From: Dehalococcoidia bacterium
GTDB lineage: Bacteria; Chloroflexota; Dehalococcoidia; Lucifugimonadales; UBA3495
Reading direction: 5' to 3'
DNA: 64,000 bases
Assembly (NCBI GenBank): GCA_963664625.1
Contig: OY761541.1
Coordinates: forward strand, 2,059,670 to 2,123,669
Below are positions 55,588 to 63,613 of the stretch, in pieces. Both the position numbers and the translations under genes were made by a program. The notes beneath the pieces were generated by a model. It had not been told where the DNA came from. It saw only the letters and a program-made list of their open reading frames with translations, and made no database searches. Numbering within the stretch: position 1 is the stretch's first letter; every line of letters starts with the position of its first letter.

Positions 55588-55878
55588 CTACCGGCGCATC
55601 GCGCTGAAGCAATCGCTGCAGTAGACGGGCCTGTCGCCCCGCGGCACGAAGGGAACGGTGGTGTCGATGCCGCACTGCGCGCATACGACCGGGTGCATCT
55701 CCCGGGGCCCGCCCCCGTAACCGCCGCGCTGTGCGTTCTTGCGGGCCGCCCGGCAGTCCGGGCACCGCTTGGGCTCGTTGGTGTACCCGCGGGACGCGAA
55801 GAACTCCTGCTCCCCAATTGTGAACACAAAGGGAGCCCCGCACTCCACACAGGTCAGGTTCCTGTCAGAAATGGCCAT
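55588..55878 (-). CDS. zinc-ribbon protein (two CxxC...CxxC units, zf-trcl-like)
   Basis: LTCVECGAPFVFTIGEQEFFASRGYTNEPKRCPDCR and VCAQCGIDTTVPFVPRGDRPVYCSDCF. Confidence 0.7.
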   Translation of the reverse strand: MAISDRNLTCVECGAPFVFTIGEQEFFASRGYTNEPKRCPDCRAARKNAQRGGYGGGPREMHPVVCAQCGIDTTVPFVPRGDRPVYCSDCFSAMRR

Positions 55879-55880
55879 CT

Positions 55881-55920
55881 GGATGACCTCCTATAAATAT
55901 TGGCTCAGTCCAGGTCATCC
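55881..55920 (-). promoter_or_regulatory. 5' UTR hairpin occluding the Shine-Dalgarno of the zinc-ribbon gene
   Basis: On the minus-strand mRNA, GGAUGACCU pairs with AGGUCAUCC (9 bp, 22-nt loop). The 3' arm overlaps GGAGG and ends 2 nt before the AUG. Confidence 0.4.
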
Positions 55921-56069
55921 GATGCTAGGGGCAACAAAACTTAGGTACCACCAACGGTACACCCGACCTTACACCTTAGCGGATTATACCAGACTTGAAT
56001 ATCTAATAGTCAAGAAATCACGCGCCGCCGTAGCGTCCCAATATAGCTGGCTTGACTCTCAGCCCAACC

Positions 56070-56095
56070 GTCATTCCCGCGAAGGCGGGAATCCA
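56070..56095. repeat. REP-like hairpin repeat
   Basis: gtcattcccgcgaaggcgggaatcca. Confidence 0.85.
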
Positions 56096-56251
56096 CCGCA
56101 CCGTCACGGCTGGCTTCATCATCCAAAACTGGACGCTACACGCCCCCTCGGCGCAATACGGCTTTGGTACTCATAGACAATCATCCCCGCGGTTGACCGC
56201 GCAGGCCCAGAGCAATAACATCCAACCAAGCCTACGAACCGGAGCACTGAC

Positions 56252-56914
56252 GTGAACACCAGAATGGAGAAGGTGGCGGAAAACATCGCCTTGGCGGCCC
56301 TGCGGAAGGTCGGCTCTGCGGCGCAGCCGCCTCTCCAACCAGAGATACTCAAAGAGACCTTCCAAGCAATATGGCCCACTCCTGACAGCACGACGCCCAT
56401 GAACGACGCCATGAGCGCCGCCGCCCAAGCAACCGGCAGTTGTACCGGCCAGGATGCGGACAGTTGGAAGACCGGCGTTGCCCAAGCTTGGCAATCGGCA
56501 GTGGATGAAGTCGTAGAGGAATACTTCAAAGCCGCCAAACAGAGTTTCCTGAAAGGACAACACCTAGAAGGAGTGGAAACCCTCACCGACGCCGTCAGAG
56601 CAACCCTGGGCCACATCGCCGCAACCCGCAACTGGCCCCACAGCACCCACGACAACTTGTACAGGATAGCCGCCGCCTTGGGTAGCGGCACCGAATGGCC
56701 CGACACTACCGAGGAGTTTGAGTGGGCTCTTAAGAATGCTTCCGAGGAGGGCGAAAACATGGGCGCTGCCATGTCAGCCAGCATGGGGCGGCCGGACATG
56801 CTGAAGTTCGGCGTATACGCGGAAAACCCGAACGAGGCAGAGGAGGACGGCTTCCTCTTCGCCACGACGACCATAGAACTGGCCAACCGGCTGGCCGGAC
56901 ATGCGGTGCCATGA
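56252..56914 (+). CDS. hypothetical helical protein (PaREP1/HEPN-like C-terminal half, inference)
   Basis: 220 aa with a GTG start. EYFKAAKQSFLKGQHLEGVETLTDAVRATLGHIAATRNWPHSTHDNLYRIAAAL. Confidence 0.5.
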   Translation: MNTRMEKVAENIALAALRKVGSAAQPPLQPEILKETFQAIWPTPDSTTPMNDAMSAAAQATGSCTGQDADSWKTGVAQAWQSAVDEVVEEYFKAAKQSFLKGQHLEGVETLTDAVRATLGHIAATRNWPHSTHDNLYRIAAALGSGTEWPDTTEEFEWALKNASEEGENMGAAMSASMGRPDMLKFGVYAENPNEAEEDGFLFATTTIELANRLAGHAVP

Positions 56915-57264
56915 ACCAGGAAGAACACCTTGCCATGGCCCGGGAACTCATGGGACGGGCCAACTAGGAATCAAGCGTCGGCGGCAACGAGATGATTGCC
57001 GCCGAACTCTTGTGGGGAGCATTCGCCCACTGCCTGATCGCAGCCGCCCAGGACTGGGGGTTGCCTCACGACAGTCACGGAGCATTCAAGAGAATCGCCC
57101 AGCGCTTGGACGCCGCGCAAGGCGGCAACAAGTGGACCTCCCGCTTCGGTTCAGCCGAACGACTCCATACTCACTTCTACCACGGATCTCTGTCAGACGA
57201 CGAACTGCGAACTCACCGGAATCACGCCCTGAACGGTGCCTTGGAATTCCTTAACGCGGCGTGA
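56911..57264 (+). pseudogene. small helical protein (family of 16640-17077) with an in-frame amber codon
   Basis: ATGA overlap with the upstream stop. MNQEEHLAMARELMGRAN-TAG(56965-56967)-ESSVGGNEMIAAELLWGAFAHCL... The track ORF 56992-57264 is in the same frame. Confidence 0.5.
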
Positions 57265-57545
57265 ACAAACACCCCAGGGCAAAAGCATCCAGACTCCAAC
57301 CCAACCATCGTTCCCGCCAAGAGCCTGCCCCCGCGGACGCGAGGGAATGTCACCCTCCCCCGTTCCGCTGTAGGCGGTCGCATTTTAGACCCTGAAAAGG
57401 TTTCAAAAGCTCAAATGCGATAGCCCCACCCTGACACTTCCCGCTTGCCACTTCGTAAAACACCTCTCTACCATATTTCTTGTCCCCATCAACGTCCCGT
57501 CGGACGTGGACAAATCCCAACAAAGCCACCCAGGCAGTGCGGTGA

Positions 57546-58004
57546 TTGATGACCAGAAAGACCTCTATCGACAACCAAATCCTACCCGACCGGGACCTCG
57601 AAGCCCCTTCCGACTCTGCTGACCAACCCCAATGTCCTGAAATGTCCGCAAATGTCCGCGATTCTGAAATTTCCGGTCTCACCCTCCGCCAGCAGGCCGT
57701 TCTGCCCGTCATGGTGAACTCGCCGTCTCTGGCCGAGGGCGCCCGCCTCTCCGGCGTCAGCGAGAGGACCCTTCGCCGCTGGCTCGAGGACGACGCCTTC
57801 CGCGATGAACTGGCCCGCCGCCGGCAAGAGTCCGCCGACCTCGCCTGCCAGGCCCTCCAGGGCGTGTTGCTTCGCAGCGTCTCCGTCCTGGCCGAGTCAT
57901 TGGAGGACCCCGACAAGTCCATTCGTCTCCGCGCCGCCCGCTACGCCATGTCCTTCGCCGCCACGATTCGCCAGTTACTTCTCAACCATCCGTCATTGCC
58001 ATGA
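57546..58004 (+). CDS. hypothetical HTH-containing protein
   Basis: SLAEGARLSGVSERTLRRWLEDDAFRDEL is an HTH-like segment. The C-terminal codons run into repeat 57991-58075. Confidence 0.45.
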   Translation: MMTRKTSIDNQILPDRDLEAPSDSADQPQCPEMSANVRDSEISGLTLRQQAVLPVMVNSPSLAEGARLSGVSERTLRRWLEDDAFRDELARRRQESADLACQALQGVLLRSVSVLAESLEDPDKSIRLRAARYAMSFAATIRQLLLNHPSLP

Positions 58005-58075
58005 AAACAGGCCATTTTTATGTTCATACGTGGCCCCAAGGGGCCATCCGTCATTCCCGCGAAGGCGGGAATCCA
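57991..58075. repeat. 85-bp composite repeat, copy 2
   Basis: Collinear with 25066-25149 (about 90% identity by eye). Confidence 0.8.
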
Positions 58076-58204
58076 AAGAGCCGGGCTGGGTGGCTCGACC
58101 ACCTGATTCAAAATGCTAACCGTGCTCAATACGGCTTTGACGTCGCCAGGACTCTTACCTAAAATGCCTGCCAAGCCCAAGAATGAAAATACGGAGATAG
58201 CGCC

Positions 58205-59020
58205 ATGCCCTCGCCCCAAACTACTTCCATCGGCATTGTAGGCTGCGGCGCCATAGGCCGTGCCCTGCTCAGGGCGGCGGACTCTGGCAACATGAACGTC
58301 AAAGTTGCCGGTGTGACCAGCCGGACGGAAGACACGGCCCGCTCGTTCCTCTCCACGTTGGACGCTCCTCCTCCGTACCTGGATCGGGACGAACTGATTG
58401 CTTGCTCCGACCTGGTTGTTGAGACGGCCGGCGGCCATGTGTTTCCCGACTTGGCCTTGGAAGTGTTCGAGGCCGGGAAGGACCTGATGGTAATCAGCAC
58501 TGGCGCTCTTGTGGAACATCCCGAGATTGTTCAGAAGTCCCGGGCCAGCGGTTGCCGCCTTCTGGCCCCCTCCGGCGCCATCGCCGGCCTCGACGGTATC
58601 AAGTCCGCCTGCGCCGGGCGGGTGGACCGGGTGACCATGATATCGAGAAAGCCCCCCGAAGCCTTGGAGGGCGCGCCCTACCTCGTGGAGAGAGGCATCT
58701 CGTTGAAAGGGCTGGACTGCGAGACCGAACTGTTTTGCGGCCCGGCCCGCGAGGCCTGCCGCGGTTTTCCCGCCAACCTCAACGTCTCTGCCGCCGTCAG
58801 CCTGGCCGGAATCGGCCCTGACCTTACCCAGCTCCGCGTGGTCGCCGTTCCCGGCCTCCGCCGCAACTGCCACGATATCGAGGTCGAAGGGGAGTTCGGG
58901 TTCCTGTCCGTTCACATCGAAAACATCCCCAGCGAAAACCCCCGCACCGGTAAGCTCACCGCCCTGTCCATCATCCGGTCGGTGCAAGATGCCGTCGACC
59001 CCGTCCGCATAGGCACGTAG
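58205..59020 (+). CDS. nadX: L-aspartate dehydrogenase (NadX) family
   Basis: IGIVGCGAIGRAL...APSGAIAGLDGIKSA...NVSAAVSLAG...HDIEVEGEFG. Confidence 0.75.
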   Translation: MPSPQTTSIGIVGCGAIGRALLRAADSGNMNVKVAGVTSRTEDTARSFLSTLDAPPPYLDRDELIACSDLVVETAGGHVFPDLALEVFEAGKDLMVISTGALVEHPEIVQKSRASGCRLLAPSGAIAGLDGIKSACAGRVDRVTMISRKPPEALEGAPYLVERGISLKGLDCETELFCGPAREACRGFPANLNVSAAVSLAGIGPDLTQLRVVAVPGLRRNCHDIEVEGEFGFLSVHIENIPSENPRTGKLTALSIIRSVQDAVDPVRIGT

Positions 59021-59024
59021 GTTC

Positions 59025-59924
59025 TCAGTAAGCCAATGCTCCCCAAATGACCACTATCACGCCCGTAACGCTCAAAATCGTCCCCAACACCAAGCGAAGG
59101 GTTATCGCCTCGACCCGCTGCAGGAATACGTGCGCCAGCAGCAGGGTAACCAGTGGGCCGATGGCGTTGATTGGCGTCACCACCGTGACCGGGGCCAGGC
59201 TCAACGCTTGGAACAGCAATACGACCGCCAAGGCTTGGCTGATTCCCGACAGACCGCAGATAGCCACGTGCTTGGCCGACATCCGCCGGACGTTGGTCAC
59301 AACGTCCGGCGCGGTAAGTATGAACAGCATGACGCAGCCCAGCAGCAGGGCCATCGACGCCGTCACCAGCGGGTCGACGAGGTTCTCCACCACGTGACGG
59401 CTTACTACGTCCCGGCTGGCAAAGCAGAGGGTTGCCCCCGCAGCCAGAACGTAGCCTGCTCTTCTCACCGCGGACCTTTCCTCTCCGGGGCTGGAACCTT
59501 CTTCCGCCAGCACGACCAGTATCAACCCGAACACAATAATCGGCGTTCCAAGGCCCACCAGCAGGTTGGGCCTCTCGCCCAGCAGCGCTATTCCCAGCGC
59601 CAGCGCGAACAGGGGCCGGAGCGACGCCCAGGGAGCGGCCCGGGAGGCTCCCACGAAGGTTATGGCCGTGTTGCGCAGGACCCGCGCCATCGGGTAGGCC
59701 AATGCGGCCAGCACGGCCAACCAGATAAAGTTGGTCGGCAGCAGGGACCTGACCTCGGCCATGTTGAATGCCAATGCAATCCCGGTGACGACAACGGCTC
59801 CGGCGACCACGCTGAAGAAGGTCGCCGTCGGCGCCGCGACCCTTTGCATACCGACACGAATGAGAATATTGCCGGCGGAGAGGCCGACGGCCGCCAAGAA
59901 AGCCAGGATGATCGCTAAGACCAC
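59025..59924 (-). CDS. DMT/EamA-family transporter, tandem copy 1
   Basis: 299 aa with 10 predicted TM helices. Paralogue of the next two genes. Confidence 0.8.
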   Translation of the reverse strand: MVLAIILAFLAAVGLSAGNILIRVGMQRVAAPTATFFSVVAGAVVVTGIALAFNMAEVRSLLPTNFIWLAVLAALAYPMARVLRNTAITFVGASRAAPWASLRPLFALALGIALLGERPNLLVGLGTPIIVFGLILVVLAEEGSSPGEERSAVRRAGYVLAAGATLCFASRDVVSRHVVENLVDPLVTASMALLLGCVMLFILTAPDVVTNVRRMSAKHVAICGLSGISQALAVVLLFQALSLAPVTVVTPINAIGPLVTLLLAHVFLQRVEAITLRLVLGTILSVTGVIVVIWGALAY

Positions 59925-59942
59925 GGAACGATGTCTCCCCGA

Positions 59943-60842
59943 TCAATACGCAACCGCGCCCAGGATGACGGTTATGACCCCGGCAACGCTCAAAATCGTC
60001 CCCAGCACCAGCCGGGGCGTTATCGACTCCACCCGTTGCAGGAATATGTGCACCAGCAGCAGCGTTATCAACGGTCCGCTGGCGTTGATGGGGCTCACCA
60101 CGGTGACCGGCGCCAGGCTCAATGCTTTGAACAGGGACGCTACTCCCAACCCTTGGCCTATTCCCGCCAGTCCGCAAACGGCAATGTACTTGGACGGCAA
60201 ACGGCGAACGGTGTTTACTGCGTCGGGAGCCGTGATCATGAATAACATCACGCAGCCAAGGCACAAGGCTATGCCCGCGGTCACCAGCGGATCGGTCAAG
60301 TTACCCACTACGTGCCTGCTGATAACGTCCCGGCTGGCATGGCACAGGGCGCCGCCGACGGCCGCCAAGTATCCCAGCCTCCTTATCGTGCCCATGCCTC
60401 CCCGGGGATTATTGACCCCTCCTGCTAGGACAACCAGCACCAAGCCGCACACTATCATGGGAGTCCCCAAGCCTACCAACAGGTTTGGCCTCTCCCCCAG
60501 GAAGGTCATGCCCAGGGCCAGCGCGAACAGCGGCTGCAACGAAGCCCAGGGGGCGGCGCGGGAGGCCCCCACCCAGCTTGTGGCCGTGTTGATCAGGACT
60601 AGCGCCCCCGGGTACCCCAACACGCCCATGACGGTGAACCAGATGAAATCGCTTGGCTCCAGTGAGAACACGTCCCCGAAGTTGAACAGCAGGGCCAGCC
60701 CGGTAACCAATACGGCCCCGGTCAATACTGAAAAGAAAGTCGCCGTCAGCGGCGAGACCTGTTGCGTCCCTATGCGAATAAATATGTAGCTGCAAGAGAA
60801 GCCGAAGGCCGCCAGAAAGGTGAAGACAACCGCTAAGGCCAA
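59943..60842 (-). CDS. DMT/EamA-family transporter, tandem copy 2
   Basis: 299 aa, collinear with copies 1 and 3 (IRIGTQQVSPLTATFF...GASRAAPWASLQPLFALALG). Confidence 0.8.
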   Translation of the reverse strand: MALAVVFTFLAAFGFSCSYIFIRIGTQQVSPLTATFFSVLTGAVLVTGLALLFNFGDVFSLEPSDFIWFTVMGVLGYPGALVLINTATSWVGASRAAPWASLQPLFALALGMTFLGERPNLLVGLGTPMIVCGLVLVVLAGGVNNPRGGMGTIRRLGYLAAVGGALCHASRDVISRHVVGNLTDPLVTAGIALCLGCVMLFMITAPDAVNTVRRLPSKYIAVCGLAGIGQGLGVASLFKALSLAPVTVVSPINASGPLITLLLVHIFLQRVESITPRLVLGTILSVAGVITVILGAVAY

Positions 60843-60936
60843 GGGAAGTCACCTCCCGTGCAAGACATGGGCACAACGTGGAGGCCGTCGGAGCTTGTTG
60901 GCTGGGGTTTCATCTCCGGTCACAACCCTTCCCGCA

Positions 60937-61836
60937 TCAGTACGCCACCGCGCCCAGGACAACGATGATGACTCCCGCTACGCTGAGCACGGTGCCTATG
61001 ATCAACCTGGGCGTCACCAACTCCAGCCGTTGCAGGAAAAGGTGCACCAATAACAGCGTGACCAGCGGGCTGCTGGCGTTGATGGGGCTGACCACGGTTA
61101 CGGGAGCCAGGCTCAAGGCTTGGAACAACGAAGCCACTGCAATGCCTTGGCTGATACCCGCCAGTCCGCAGATTGCCAGATGCTTGTTGTGGCCGTTCCT
61201 AAGGTTGGCCACTATGTCACGCCCGGCGAGAACGAAGAGCATGATGCAACCCAGGCACAGGGCGCACGCCGCGGTTACCAAGGGGTCGGTGATGTTGCCG
61301 ACTACGTGCCTGCTGATTACGTCCCGACTGGCGAAACACATGGCCCCGCCAGCCGCCAGCAGGAAGCCGAGTTTTCTGACCGTTCCTTCTTCAAGGGCCC
61401 GCCCTCCGGTGCTCCCCGCCACCACCACCAGTATCAACCCGAACACAATCAGGGGCGTTCCCAAGCCCACCAGCAGGTTGGGACGCTCCCCCAAGAAAGC
61501 CATGCCCAGCGCCAGCGCGAACAGCGGTTGCAACGACGCCCAGGGGGCCGCCCTCGACGCGCCCACCCAAGTGATGGCCGTGTTCATCAGGAACCGCGCT
61601 CCGGGATAAGCAATCGCCCCCATAACGGCAAACCAAGCGAAGTGGATGGGCTGGAGTGCCATGATGTCCTGCGGTTTCATCAGGACGGCGAGGCCCATGA
61701 TCAGGATGGCCCCGGTGAACACTGTCAGAAAGGTTGCCGTTGGCGGTGACACCCGCCGCGTCCCTATCCTTATAAGGACGATCCCACTGCCGAAACCACA
61801 CGCCGCCACGAATGAGAAAGCCACCGCTAACGCCAA
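60937..61836 (-). CDS. DMT/EamA-family transporter, tandem copy 3
   Basis: 299 aa, collinear with copies 1 and 2. Confidence 0.8.
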   Translation of the reverse strand: MALAVAFSFVAACGFGSGIVLIRIGTRRVSPPTATFLTVFTGAILIMGLAVLMKPQDIMALQPIHFAWFAVMGAIAYPGARFLMNTAITWVGASRAAPWASLQPLFALALGMAFLGERPNLLVGLGTPLIVFGLILVVVAGSTGGRALEEGTVRKLGFLLAAGGAMCFASRDVISRHVVGNITDPLVTAACALCLGCIMLFVLAGRDIVANLRNGHNKHLAICGLAGISQGIAVASLFQALSLAPVTVVSPINASSPLVTLLLVHLFLQRLELVTPRLIIGTVLSVAGVIIVVLGAVAY

Positions 61837-61989
61837 GTAATGTCATCTCCCCTATGAAAGGCCGTAGTAGGCAAGAGCTAACGGGGCAACGGCATGAAGC
61901 CCCAACTGCTGCCCGGCCAATCTTACACCCTGGGTTGTCTGTGCGCATGGGCATTCGTCCCGGATCAGGCCAGCCGGACAGGGTGCGTG

Positions 61990-62018
61990 TTGACCTTGGA
62001 ATCCGGCGCCTATATCAT
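61990..62018 (+). promoter_or_regulatory. sigma70-like promoter candidate (TTGACC-17-TATCAT)
   Basis: About 48 nt upstream of ATG 62066. Confidence 0.3.
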
Positions 62019-62065
62019 CGGATTCACACAATGGCAACGGCCAATCCTGACGGGAGAGTTGTCCC

Positions 62066-63613
62066 ATGAAGTACGATTACATCGTCCTCGGCGCCGGTTC
62101 GGCGGGTTCTATCGTGGCAACCAGACTGAGCGAGGACCCCAACAACTCGGTGCTGCTTATCGAGGCAGGCCCCGACTACCCGGATTTCGAACACCTGCCC
62201 GACGAGGTCAAGTACGGATACGCCACCGCCACCGACATCATGGTCAGCGATCACAACTGGCAGTTTGAAGGGAAGGCGACCGAAACCGCCGAACCTATGC
62301 TTGTCCCAAGGGGCAAGGTCACCGGCGGGTCCAGCGCCATCAACGGTCAAGTCTTCCTGCGCGGCGTGCCCGAGGACTACGACGCCTGGGCCGCACTGGG
62401 CAACGACGAGTGGAAGTTCCAGAACTGTATCCAGTACTTCCGGGCGATTGAAGCCGACCCGGATTTCGGCGGCGACTTCCACAACTCCGATGGCCCAATC
62501 GTCATGCACAGGTTCAAGCCCGGCGACATGCTGGTGGAGCAGCAGGCCTTTTATGACGCCTGCCGAGCCGTGGGCTTTCCCGACAGCCCCGACCACAACG
62601 CCCCCGACGCGTCGGGCGTGGGGCCGTGCCCGGTGAACAATCCCAACGGCATTCGCTGGAGCACTGCCCTTGGATACCTTGACATGGGCCGGCACCGGTT
62701 GAACCTGACCATCCGGGCCAACTGCACCGTGCAACGCATCATATTCGACGGCAAGCGCGCCGTCGGAGTCGAGGTGGAAAGCGGCGGCGAGAAGTTTATC
62801 GCCGAGGGCGAGCAGATTATCCTCAGCTCCGGCGCCATCGGCTCTCCCCATATCCTGATGCTCTCCGGAGTAGGCCCCGCCGACCAGTTACGCAGCCAAG
62901 GGATCCCCGTGGTGCACGAACTACCGGGAGTCGGCCAGAACCTCCGCGACCACCCCATGGTCTACATCACTTGGAAAACCAAGCCGGAAGTGCCGCTGGA
63001 CGGCTACGCCCCAAGGGTGCAGATGGCGCTGCGCACCACCTCCGAGGGATCGCACCTGCGGAACGACCTGCAATTCCTGATGCAGTCCTTCGCCACCGAG
63101 CGGGTAAACCGCGGCGGGGCAAGAATGGAGCCTCTGGGGATTCGCGTCCTCGCCATCCTGAACCTGGCCGTAGGGTCCGGTGAAATGCGACTGGTGTCCC
63201 CATACCCCAACGTTCAGCCCTTCCTTGACTACAACTACCTCCAGGATGAGTTCGACCGGCGGAGACTCCGGGAAGCAGTAAGGTTGTGCGTGCGGTTGGG
63301 CCAGCACGAAAGCTTCAAGGACATCATCGAGGAGCGGATCGAACCCACCGACGCAGAGTTGGAGTCCGATGAGGCATTGAACGAGTTCCTCTTCAGGGAA
63401 GTAACCACCGGGCAGCACATCTCCTGCACCTGCAAGATGGGTCCCGCGTCGGACCCCATGGCAGTCGTTGACCAGTACGGCAAGGTCCACGGGCTGGAAA
63501 ACCTCCGCATCGCCGACGCCTCGGTCATGCCCGACTGCGTTCGCGCCAACACCAACGTCACCACCATGATGATCGGCGAACGTATGGCCGACTTCGTCCG
63601 GCAGGGGCACTGA
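62066..63613 (+). CDS. GMC-family FAD oxidoreductase (choline dehydrogenase-like)
   Basis: YDYIVLGAGSAGSIVATRLSEDPNNSVLLIEAG ... GGSSAINGQVF. Confidence 0.85.
   Translation: MKYDYIVLGAGSAGSIVATRLSEDPNNSVLLIEAGPDYPDFEHLPDEVKYGYATATDIMVSDHNWQFEGKATETAEPMLVPRGKVTGGSSAINGQVFLRGVPEDYDAWAALGNDEWKFQNCIQYFRAIEADPDFGGDFHNSDGPIVMHRFKPGDMLVEQQAFYDACRAVGFPDSPDHNAPDASGVGPCPVNNPNGIRWSTALGYLDMGRHRLNLTIRANCTVQRIIFDGKRAVGVEVESGGEKFIAEGEQIILSSGAIGSPHILMLSGVGPADQLRSQGIPVVHELPGVGQNLRDHPMVYITWKTKPEVPLDGYAPRVQMALRTTSEGSHLRNDLQFLMQSFATERVNRGGARMEPLGIRVLAILNLAVGSGEMRLVSPYPNVQPFLDYNYLQDEFDRRRLREAVRLCVRLGQHESFKDIIEERIEPTDAELESDEALNEFLFREVTTGQHISCTCKMGPASDPMAVVDQYGKVHGLENLRIADASVMPDCVRANTNVTTMMIGERMADFVRQGH

Noticed and set aside
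54825-57264. Two in-frame TAG codons considered as pyrrolysine or amber recoding
   Set aside because: TAG terminates many confident genes here (for example 1481-2221, 2251-3222, 4228-4875, 5044-5586, 36428-37495). No pyl genes are in the window. One TAG replaces a conserved Trp, consistent with a simple TGG to TAG mutation.
7359-58075. REP copies considered as a CRISPR array
   Set aside because: The copies are dispersed over the whole window with irregular spacing of hundreds to thousands of bp. They are palindromic and occur in both orientations, there are no unique short spacers, and there are no cas genes.
58912-60789. Long ORFs 58912-60264 (-), 59130-59918 (+) and 59731-60789 (+) across the EamA genes
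   Set aside because: They are shadow frames of the three membrane-protein genes. They are Arg/Pro/Gly-rich with no motifs, whereas the 299-aa frames give clean 10-TM paralogues.
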